Positions 1-5,918 of a stretch of DNA of 8,083 bases are shown here, piece after piece. Within the stretch, counting starts at the first letter, position 1, and each line of letters starts with the position of its first letter. The stretch spans positions 1-8,083 of IMG/VR virus record IMGVR_UViG_2695420847_000016; one strand, given 5' to 3'. This DNA is from a virus (taxonomy: Duplodnaviria > Heunggongvirae > Uroviricota > Caudoviricetes). Below the pieces are notes generated by a model. It worked only from the letters and a program-made list of their open reading frames with translations. It made no database searches and was not told the origin of the DNA. The position numbers were made by a program, and so were the translations under genes.

Positions 1-500
1 CGCGTCGTTCTCTGGGATTACCGGCGGAAAAAATCCGCTCCGTATACCGTGAAAGCGACATCATACCGGGAGAACAGACCGCCACCAGCATACTGAAGCA
101 GCGCACAAAAAATATTGCGCTACCGCCTCACACCCACCAGCAACAGAACCCACCACAGGAAAAGACGGTGGTCAGCATTGCCGTTGATCCGGAGTCTCCG
201 GAATCCTTCATGAAACGACCTAAACGTCGCCTCTGGGTAAATGAGAAATACACACGCTGGGTAAAGACACAGCCGTGTGCGTGTTGTGGTAAGCCAGCGG
301 ACGATCCTCATCATCTGATTGGTCATGGTCAGGGTGGAATGGGAACAAAATCCCACGATATTTTCACGCTACCGCTGTGTCGGGAGCATCACAACGAGCT
401 TCATGCGGATCCGCTGGCGTTCGAAGAAAAGCATGGTTCCCAGGTTGATTTAATTTTTCGTTTTCTTGATCACGCTTTTGCAACCGGCGTGCTCGGGTAA
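1..500 (+). CDS. Phage zinc-finger protein of the YdfU/YbcO (DUF968/DUF1364-like) type; 5' end lies outside the window
   Basis: The frame is open from base 3 to TAA at 498-500; the ORF track shows only the internal GTG at 168. The C-terminal part has a Cys/His pattern (CACCGKP...HH...GTK...CREHH). The gene sits directly upstream of rusA, as in lambdoid nin regions. Family assignment is from motif and context, not a search. Confidence 0.6.
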   Translation, partial: RRSLGLPAEKIRSVYRESDIIPGEQTATSILKQRTKNIALPPHTHQQQNPPQEKTVVSIAVDPESPESFMKRPKRRLWVNEKYTRWVKTQPCACCGKPADDPHHLIGHGQGGMGTKSHDIFTLPLCREHHNELHADPLAFEEKHGSQVDLIFRFLDHAFATGVLG

Positions 501-512
501 AAGAGGTTACTG

Positions 513-884
513 ATGCGTATAGAGTTTGTTTTGCCTTACCCGCCGACGGTGAACACCTACTGGCGACGTCGTGGCAGCACATATTTTGTATCAAAAGCCG
601 GTGAGCGTTATCGCCGGGCTGTGGCGCTTATTGTTCGCCAGCAGCGGCTGAAATTAAGCCTGTCCGGACGGCTGGCAATAAAAATTATTGCAGAACCACC
701 GGATAAGCGCCGCCGTGACCTGGACAACATTCTGAAAGCACCGCTGGATGCGCTGACGCATGCGGAAGTGCTCATTGATGACGAGCAGTTTGATGAAATC
801 AATATTGTGCGCGGTCAGCCTGTGCCAGGTGGACGGCTGGGCGTGAAGATTTACGAAATCAGAGGTGGTAACGATGGCGCGTGA
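513..884 (+). CDS. rusA: RusA Holliday-junction resolvase (crossover junction endodeoxyribonuclease)
   Basis: 123-aa ORF with AAGAGG 5 nt upstream of ATG 513. The protein has the RusA-type acidic core ([20 protein letters not shown]) and length matching E. coli RusA. Confidence 0.88.
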   Translation: MRIEFVLPYPPTVNTYWRRRGSTYFVSKAGERYRRAVALIVRQQRLKLSLSGRLAIKIIAEPPDKRRRDLDNILKAPLDALTHAEVLIDDEQFDEINIVRGQPVPGGRLGVKIYEIRGGNDGA

Positions 885-1245
885 TATCCAGATGGTTCTT
901 GAGCGATGGGGGGCATGGGCAGCAAATAATCATGAAGATGTAACATGGCCCTCGATAGCTGCTGGTTTTAAAGGATTAATCCCGACTAAAGTGAAATCAC
1001 GTCCTCAGTGTTCTGATGATGACGCCATGATAATTTGTGGTTGTATGGCACGATTAAACAAGAATAATCAGTATTTGCACGATTTGTTGGTGGATTATTA
1101 CGTAGGTGGAATGACATTTATGGCTCTTGCACGTAAGCATAGATGTTCTGATGGGCTTATTGGTAAAAGGCTTTATAAAGCGGAAGGTATTATTGAAGGA
1201 ATGCTTATGGCTCTGAATGTCCGGTTAGATATGGATATGCGGTAG
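874..1245 (+). CDS. Late-gene antiterminator Q, short (about 125 aa) Q family as in DLP12-type prophages
   Basis: ATG 874 is preceded by AGAGGTGG (861-868) and overlaps the rusA stop (ATGGCGCGTGA). The sequence [25 protein letters not shown]...CGCMARL matches my memory of QuuD-like Q proteins. The track start GTG 865 is probably too far upstream. Confidence 0.8.
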   Translation: MARDIQMVLERWGAWAANNHEDVTWPSIAAGFKGLIPTKVKSRPQCSDDDAMIICGCMARLNKNNQYLHDLLVDYYVGGMTFMALARKHRCSDGLIGKRLYKAEGIIEGMLMALNVRLDMDMR

Positions 1246-1336
1246 GGATATATAGTGATGAGGGTTATGTTTTCTGTGTTTATAATTAACATGTTTATTT
1301 TTTGATGGTCATGTATTGTGGAAGGTAGATAAAATG

Positions 1337-1365
1337 TTGCCTGGTGAATTGAAAATATTGATAAT
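1337..1365 (+). promoter_or_regulatory. Candidate sigma70 promoter (TTGCCT-N17-GATAAT) in the AT-rich spacer between Q and the CPBP gene
   Basis: Hexamer match with 17-bp spacing, about 30 nt upstream of the CPBP ribosome-binding site. It could be the PR'-equivalent late promoter or a cargo promoter. Sequence match only. Confidence 0.25.
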
Positions 1366-1396
1366 CAATCTTCATCATTAAATAAAAGGAGTGCTT

Positions 1397-2215
1397 ATGT
1401 GGATTGTGTTAGTACTGTCACTGTCAACTCTCAGTTGGCATAAGGTAGTGGCTTTTTCATTGTTGACGGTGTCTGTTGTCCTGGCTGTGCTTAATGATAT
1501 TATTGATTGGTCGGTGTTATTTTTTGTTGCTACAATCGTTTTTTTTATTATTTTGAAGTTCAACTGGAAATATAACGCCTGGGCTAAATCTATATATGAA
1601 GTTGGCATAGTTTTATCAGCCATAGCATTATCTTTCCATCTATGGCCAGGGTTTCACAATCCTGTAGTGCTAAATTCTGTTACTGTTGGCCCTCAAAGTA
1701 CTCCCTATACAATGTATTTTAATTTTGATAAAGCGCTGGTGCCATTTTTGTTAGTCCTGTGTACATCTTCTTTGTTTAAAAAAGAAGTAAAATCAGAAGT
1801 GTCTTTGTGGAAGTGGGGGGCTCTGTCGCTCTCTGTTCCTCTTATCCTGTTTTTGGCTGTTTTTTTTGGTGGATTAAAGCCAGAGATTCATTTTCCTGAG
1901 TGGTTGCCAGAGTTTATATTGGCTAATTTGTTTTTTGTGTCTCTGGCAGAGGAATCATTATTTAGAGGGTATATTCAATCACGGCTATCAGAAGTAACGT
2001 CTCCATTGGTTGCATTAATTGTGGCGGCTTTGTTGTTTGGTTTTTATCACTATTCAGGTGGTGCTTTACTTGTATTATTTGCCACGTTATCTGGTGTTGT
2101 GTATGGATTGTCATGGATGTGGAGTGGGCGTTTGTGGGTTGCCACCCTTTTCCATTTTGGTTTGAATCTGTGTCACTTGTTATTCTTTACCTATCCATTT
2201 TTAAAACATAATTGA
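1397..2215 (+). CDS. CPBP-family (CAAX protease / Abi domain) intramembrane metalloprotease
   Basis: AAGGAG (1386-1391) lies 5 nt before ATG 1397; the track start GTG 1391 is 2 codons upstream. The protein is a multi-pass hydrophobic protein with all three CPBP motifs: EExxxR (LAEESLFRGY), FxxxH (FGFYHY) and HxxxN (HFGLNL). The gene is markedly AT-rich compared with the rusA/Q backbone. Confidence 0.8.
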   Translation: MWIVLVLSLSTLSWHKVVAFSLLTVSVVLAVLNDIIDWSVLFFVATIVFFIILKFNWKYNAWAKSIYEVGIVLSAIALSFHLWPGFHNPVVLNSVTVGPQSTPYTMYFNFDKALVPFLLVLCTSSLFKKEVKSEVSLWKWGALSLSVPLILFLAVFFGGLKPEIHFPEWLPEFILANLFFVSLAEESLFRGYIQSRLSEVTSPLVALIVAALLFGFYHYSGGALLVLFATLSGVVYGLSWMWSGRLWVATLFHFGLNLCHLLFFTYPFLKHN

Positions 2216-2295
2216 TTTTTTCTATGGTTTTAAATTTATAAGACTGAAAAATAGCAGGACGTGACATTTGCATGAAAAATATGCACGGCAAAGCA

Positions 2296-2309
2296 TTTAC
2301 GTACGTAAA
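2296..2309. promoter_or_regulatory. Perfect 14-bp palindrome TTTACGTACGTAAA, candidate operator
   Basis: Exact reverse-complement symmetry, in the intergenic region between the CPBP gene and the small winged-helix ORF. Function is inferred only. Confidence 0.2.
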
Positions 2310-2356
2310 AAATCAGGTATGCTGTTAAGAGTGGTTATTTCGCCGCATAGCTTGAC

Positions 2357-2378
2357 CCCGCCTCTGAGCGGGTTTTTT
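2357..2378 (+). terminator. Intrinsic terminator downstream of the CPBP gene
   Basis: CCCGC-CTCTGA-GCGGG hairpin followed by TTTTTT. Confidence 0.5.
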
Positions 2379-2501
2379 GTGCCCGCAAAGTAGCGCAGTG
2401 CGTTAAATGTGCTGGTAGTTATTAATACAGGTCTTTCAGCTTGCTGGCTTTTTCGGCAAGAGTTATTGGTGTGTCACGTTAACCGGAAAGGGTAAAAAGA
2501 C

Positions 2502-2699
2502 ATGCTGAAACAGCAGGATATGACAGAAACCGCCAGAGTTGTGTTTGATGAATTAAGCGTCACCGAACCGGCGACAGTCGGGGAGATTGCGCAGAATACT
2601 TACCTTTCACGCGAACGCTGCCAGTTAATACTGACCCAGCTTGTTATGGCGGGTCTGGCAGACTATCAGTGCGGTTGTTACAGACGCCTTCAGTCCTGA
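2502..2699 (+). CDS. Small winged-helix DNA-binding protein, PapI/FaeA-like (65 aa)
   Basis: ATG 2502 has a GGAAAGGG purine tract upstream. The segment TVGEIAQNTYLSRERCQLILTQLVMAGLA resembles the PapI/FaeA recognition helix region. Only the last ~49 nt are repeated in the second module (4573-4621), so the intact gene is unique to module 1. Confidence 0.5.
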   Translation: MLKQQDMTETARVVFDELSVTEPATVGEIAQNTYLSRERCQLILTQLVMAGLADYQCGCYRRLQS

Positions 2700-2770
2700 A
2701 GGCTTTTTTATTTGTGGTAAATGGGCGGCTGGTGGGTGTTAGCGGCACCTGTCAGTCCTTTGCTTATGTG

Positions 2771-2801
2771 TTGATGATAATTTACCTTTTGGGGCTATAA
2801 T
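2771..2801 (+). promoter_or_regulatory. Candidate promoter for the AraC-family gene (TTGATG ... TATAAT, 19-bp spacer)
   Basis: Perfect -10 hexamer TATAAT at 2796-2801 and a TTGATG -35-like hexamer at 2771-2776. Spacing is suboptimal. The same motif is conserved in copy 2 at 4690-4720. Confidence 0.25.
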
Positions 2802-2836
2802 TGAACTAACCAATTGCTAATGAAAGTAAAATTATA

Positions 2837-3550
2837 ATGGTTGTTGTCTGTTCAGTTATCATGGTTTGCTCCCCAATTAATATTTTTCTTGAAAAGGATA
2901 CGTTGTCACTTAAGCCCGGCTCAGTCGTTCTGGCCACCAAATGCATCAGGGCGCTTTTCCTTATGCATTATGGCAAAGTTAAAATTTTCGATATAAACCA
3001 TTCCATAGTAAGTCAATATCTGGAAATTCAGCATAAGCTGACAAGAACTCATCTGACTGACGTTCCGCTTTATCTGTCACTGGAACCCAACAACCCTGCG
3101 TTGGCTGAGGCTTTAATTACCAGCCAGAGATTTTCCGGAGATACCACGGATATGTTTCTTATGATGGCATGCCTGTCGCTGTTTGAATCAGATGAACGGA
3201 TATTATTATTTTTAAGTGGATGTTTATCCAGTATAAGTACCAAAGTCAGGGCGATAATTCAGACAGATATATCAGCAAGCTGGACGCTTGGTGCGATTGC
3301 GTTACGCCTGCATATGAGTGAGAGTTTGTTAAAGATAAAACTGAAAAATGAAGGGCACATGTTCAGTCGCTTGTTGCTGGAAGAGCGGATGCGTGTTGCT
3401 GTGAATATGTTATGTTCCCGGCATGGATATGGACAGGCTGTAGCAGAAAAATGCGGTTATTCAAGCTGGTCCTACTTTATTTCTGTATTTCACCGCTATT
3501 ATGGCTTCCCGCCAGACAGATATGTATCCAGGCAAGGGCTTGATTATTGA
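2837..3550 (+). CDS. AraC/XylS-family transcriptional regulator (prophage-encoded, paralog 1)
   Basis: 237-aa ORF with a C-terminal double HTH typical of AraC family (WTLGAIALRLHMSESLL ... YGQAVAEKCGYSSWSYFISVFHRYYGFPPDRY). AT-rich. The start could instead be ATG 2861. Confidence 0.8.
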   Translation: MVVVCSVIMVCSPINIFLEKDTLSLKPGSVVLATKCIRALFLMHYGKVKIFDINHSIVSQYLEIQHKLTRTHLTDVPLYLSLEPNNPALAEALITSQRFSGDTTDMFLMMACLSLFESDERILLFLSGCLSSISTKVRAIIQTDISASWTLGAIALRLHMSESLLKIKLKNEGHMFSRLLLEERMRVAVNMLCSRHGYGQAVAEKCGYSSWSYFISVFHRYYGFPPDRYVSRQGLDY

Positions 3551-3578
3551 TTTTCATCTGATTATTATTTTTTGACCC

Positions 3579-3654
3579 GGCCCTTTAGCTCAGTGGTGAG
3601 AGCGAGCGACTCATAATCGCCAGGTCGCTGGTTCAAATCCAGCAAGGGCCACCA
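3579..3654 (+). tRNA. ileZ: tRNA-Ile2 (anticodon CAU, lysidine type), 76 nt with encoded CCA
   Basis: Cloverleaf built by hand: acceptor GGCCCTT/AAGGGCC, D-stem GCTC/GAGC, anticodon loop CTCATAA, T-loop TTCAAAT. Close to E. coli ileX rather than elongator tRNA-Met. The symbol is by analogy with the Stx-phage tRNA cluster. Confidence 0.8.
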
Positions 3655-3661
3655 TCACATA

Positions 3662-3738
3662 CCGCCATTAGCTCATCAGGAAAGAGCGCCAGCTTTCGAA
3701 GCTGGTTGCGCGGAGTTCGGGTCCCCGAAGGCGGTCCA
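3662..3738 (+). tRNA. argN: tRNA-Arg (anticodon UCG), copy with stem and T-loop irregularities
   Basis: Anticodon loop TTTCGAA between the CCAGC/GCTGG stem. It carries an A-A mismatch in the acceptor stem, an A-C mismatch in the T-stem, and T-loop TTCGGGT (G at the usually conserved A58). It may be impaired. The symbol is by analogy only. Confidence 0.6.
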
Positions 3739-3751
3739 TTATCTGTATCCT

Positions 3752-3828
3752 GCGTTGTTAGCTCAGCCGGACAGAGCAATTGCCTTCTAAGCAATCGGTC
3801 ACTGGTTCGAATCCAGTACAACGCGCCA
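3752..3828 (+). tRNA. argO: tRNA-Arg (anticodon UCU), canonical copy
   Basis: Acceptor GCGTTGT/ACAACGC, anticodon loop CTTCTAA, T-arm ACTGG-TTCGAAT-CCAGT, encoded CCA. Resembles E. coli argU-type tRNA. Confidence 0.85.
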
Positions 3829-3842
3829 CACTTATTTTCCCT

Positions 3843-3868
3843 GGCTCGCTTTTGCGGGCCTTTTTTTT
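3843..3868 (+). terminator. Intrinsic terminator after tRNA cluster 1
   Basis: GGCTCGC-TTTT-GCGGGCC hairpin (one G-U pair) followed by a run of 8 T. Confidence 0.6.
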
Positions 3869-3933
3869 AAATATCTCACAATTCAGGCGGTTGACTGTTG
3901 TCTGGTTTGCGGGGAGTTTGTTAAAAGAAACTG

Positions 3934-4041
3934 GCATGGTGAATCCCCCTGTGCGGAGGGGCGATCAGCAACCAGGTATATGGGATAATCGCGGATTCAG
4001 GTGCTGATACTGAATTCACCGGGAGGCACCCGGCACCATGC
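3934..4041. repeat. 108-bp dyad-symmetric element, copy 1 (100% identical to 6548-6655)
   Basis: Base-by-base comparison shows the two copies are identical. Ends are inverted repeats GCATGGTG...CACCATGC, with internal inverted repeats GGTGAAT/ATTCACC and CCCCT/AGGGG. Flanking sequences are only loosely similar. Confidence 0.8.
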
Positions 4042-4101
4042 TTTGCCACAAAAGTGTTGTTTCTGTTTTTCTCAAACTATCATCGTTATCCCTTTATTTC
4101 C

Positions 4102-4128
4102 GGCTGCGCATGGCGTGGCCTTTTTTTT
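4102..4128 (+). terminator. Intrinsic terminator upstream of the nanS-p fragment
   Basis: GGCTGCGC-ATG-GCGTGGCC hairpin with two wobble pairs, followed by 8 T. A related hairpin recurs at 6800-6825. Confidence 0.45.
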
Positions 4129-4214
4129 ACGACCAGCCACTGGCAGATGGCCATCCTGTAATTTGATTCCGGTTCCGGCTTTTTAACTCTGTTCCTGTAC
4201 ACGGGAGAAATTCG

Positions 4215-4739
4215 ATGTCGATTAAACATTATGATGTTGTCAGGGCGGCGTCGCCGTCAGACCTTGCGGAAAAGCTGACACATAAACTGAAAGAGGGCTG
4301 GCAGCCGTTTGGTAGTCCGGTGGCCATAACCCCTTATACCCTGATGCAGGCGATTGCAGCAGAAGGTGATGTGGTGGTCAGTGGTGCAACTGAGCCGGAG
4401 TGGTACTACGTCATCGTACTGGCCGGGCAGTCCAATGCCATGGCTTACGGTGAAGGGCTTCCGCTGCCGGATTCATACGATGCTCCGGATCCGCGTATTA
4501 AACAGCTGGCGCGCCGCAGTACAGTGACGCCGGGTGGGGCTGCCTGCAGATATAACGATATTATTCCGGCACGGGTCTGGCAGACTATCAGTGCGGTTGT
4601 TACAGACGCCTTCAGTCCTGAAGGCTTTTTATTTGTGGTGAATGGGCGGCTGGTGGGGGGGCGACACCTGTCAGTCCTTTGCTTATGTGTTGATGATAAT
4701 TTACCTTTTGGGGCTATAATTGAGCTAACCAATTGCTAA
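4215..4739 (+). pseudogene. nanS: 5' fragment (about 119 codons) of a nanS-p-type sialate O-acetylesterase gene fused out of frame to the edge of module copy 2
   Basis: The N-terminal sequence is near-identical to the ORFs at 6922 and 7548 up to ...RYNDIIPA (through nt 4570). From 4573 the DNA is the repeat also found at 2651 onward, so the ORF tail (RVWQTISAVV...) is read-through of sequence that is noncoding or in another frame in copy 1. Confidence 0.6.
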
Positions 4740-4755
4740 TGAAAGTAAAATTATA

Positions 4756-5469
4756 ATGGCTGTTGTCTGTTCAGTTATCATGGTTTGCTCCCCAATTAAT
4801 ATTTTTCTTGAAAAGGATACGTTGTCACTTAAGCCAGGCTCAGTTGTTCTGGCCACCAAATGCATCAGGGAGCTTTTCCTTATGCATTATGGCAAAGTTA
4901 AAATTGTCGATATAAGCGAATCCGTCGTAAGTCAATATCTGGAAAGTCAGCATAAGCTGACGAGGACTCGTCTGACTGACATTCCGCTTTACCTGTTGCT
5001 GGAACCCAACAATCCTGCGTTGGCTGCGGCTTTAATTACCAGCCAGGGATTTTCCGGAGAGGCCACGGATATGTTTCTTATGATGGCCTGCCTGTCTCTG
5101 TTTGAAACAGATGAACGGATGTCATTGTTTTTAAGTGGATGTTTATCCAGCATAAGTGCCAAAGTCAGGGCGATAATTCAGACAGATATATCAGCAAGCT
5201 GGACGCTTGGTGCGATTGCTCTACAGTTGCATATGAGTGAGAGTTTGTTAAAGACAAAACTGAAAAATGAAGGGGGCATGTTCAGTCGCTTGTTGCTGGA
5301 AGAGCGGATGCGTGTTGCTGTAAATATGTTATGTTCCCGGCATGGATATGGACAGGCTATAGCAGAAAAATGCGGTTATTCAAGCAGGTCCTACTTTATT
5401 TCTGTATTTCACCGCTATTATGGCTTCCCGCCAGACAGATATGTATCCAGGCAAGGGCTTGATTATTGA
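4756..5469 (+). CDS. AraC/XylS-family transcriptional regulator (paralog 2)
   Basis: 237 aa, same length as paralog 1, with 23 amino-acid differences by manual alignment. 17 of these fall in the N-terminal 135 residues. Confidence 0.8.
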   Translation: MAVVCSVIMVCSPINIFLEKDTLSLKPGSVVLATKCIRELFLMHYGKVKIVDISESVVSQYLESQHKLTRTRLTDIPLYLLLEPNNPALAAALITSQGFSGEATDMFLMMACLSLFETDERMSLFLSGCLSSISAKVRAIIQTDISASWTLGAIALQLHMSESLLKTKLKNEGGMFSRLLLEERMRVAVNMLCSRHGYGQAIAEKCGYSSRSYFISVFHRYYGFPPDRYVSRQGLDY

Positions 5470-5497
5470 TTTTCATCTGATTATTATTTTTTGGCTC

Positions 5498-5573
5498 GGC
5501 CCTTTAGCTCAGTGGTGAGAGCGAGCGACTCATAATCGCCAGGTCGCTGGTTCAAATCCAGCAAGGGCCACCA
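5498..5573 (+). tRNA. ileZ: tRNA-Ile2 (anticodon CAU), second copy
   Basis: Identical in sequence to 3579-3654. Confidence 0.8.
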
Positions 5574-5582
5574 TATTACATA

Positions 5583-5659
5583 CCGCTATTAGCTCATCGG
5601 GACAGAGCGCCAGCCTTCGAAGCTGGCTGCGCGGGGTTCAAGTCCCCGATGGCGGTCCA
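5583..5659 (+). tRNA. argN: tRNA-Arg (anticodon UCG), canonical copy
   Basis: Acceptor CCGCTAT/ATGGCGG (one G-U pair), anticodon loop CTTCGAA, T-arm CGGGG-TTCAAGT-CCCCG fully paired, encoded CCA. Confidence 0.75.
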
Positions 5660-5672
5660 TTATCAGCATCAT

Positions 5673-5749
5673 GCGTTGTTAGCTCAGTCGGACAGAGCAA
5701 TTGCCTTCTAAGCAATCGGTCAGTGGTTAGACTCCACTACAACGCGCCA
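5673..5749 (+). tRNA. argO: tRNA-Arg (anticodon UCU), copy with atypical T-loop
   Basis: Same acceptor and anticodon arm as 3752-3828, but the T-arm is AGTGG-TTAGACT-CCACT. The stem change is compensatory; the loop has A in place of the conserved C56. Confidence 0.65.
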
Positions 5750-5762
5750 CACTTATTTTCCA

Positions 5763-5786
5763 GGCTCGCTTCGGCGGGCCTTTTTT
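5763..5786 (+). terminator. Intrinsic terminator after tRNA cluster 2
   Basis: GGCTCGC-TTCG-GCGGGCC hairpin followed by TTTTTT. Confidence 0.6.
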
Positions 5787-5918
5787 GTATCTGCGCCACG
5801 CCCGGCGCATATCAACCACAGAGCCTTTCGGGGGTGAGCTTACGGAGTGGTCAGTGTGACTTTCTCTGTGGGCAGATCGCTCCCGGGCGTTGGCTCACCC
5901 ACCCAAAGGAACGTCACG

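Larger units (their letters stand above)
2651..3866. repeat. Module copy 1 of a ~1.2 kb duplicated block (AraC gene + 3 tRNAs + terminator)
   Basis: Aligns colinearly with 4573-5786; the offset drifts from 1922 to 1920 because of small indels. Identity is roughly 90-95% by eye (not computed), with scattered substitutions. Confidence 0.85.
4573..5786. repeat. Module copy 2 of the ~1.2 kb duplicated block (AraC gene + 3 tRNAs + terminator)
   Basis: Colinear with 2651-3866. The left edge is the breakpoint inside the nanS-p fragment and the right edge is the terminator T-run. Confidence 0.85.

Noticed and set aside
120-802. Minus-strand ORFs 120-356, 364-594 and 608-802
   Set aside because: They lie entirely antisense to the well-supported YdfU/YbcO-like and rusA genes, lack ribosome-binding sites, and have low-complexity translations.
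1378-1623. Minus-strand ORF antisense to the CPBP gene
   Set aside because: Product of an AT-rich antisense frame; the sense-strand CPBP gene has conserved motifs and a ribosome-binding site.
3934-4041. Assigning the 108-bp element to the ERIC/IRU repeat family
   Set aside because: Only the first ~10 nt (GTGAATCCCC) resemble ERIC as I recall it; the rest does not. I left it unclassified.
3633-4186. ORFs 3633-3821 (-), 3780-4007 (+) and 4001-4186 (+)
   Set aside because: They overlap the tRNA genes, terminators and the 108-bp element; none has a ribosome-binding site, and their translations are low complexity.
4445-4732. Minus-strand ORF 4445-4732
   Set aside because: Antisense to the nanS-p fragment and the AraC promoter region; no supporting features.
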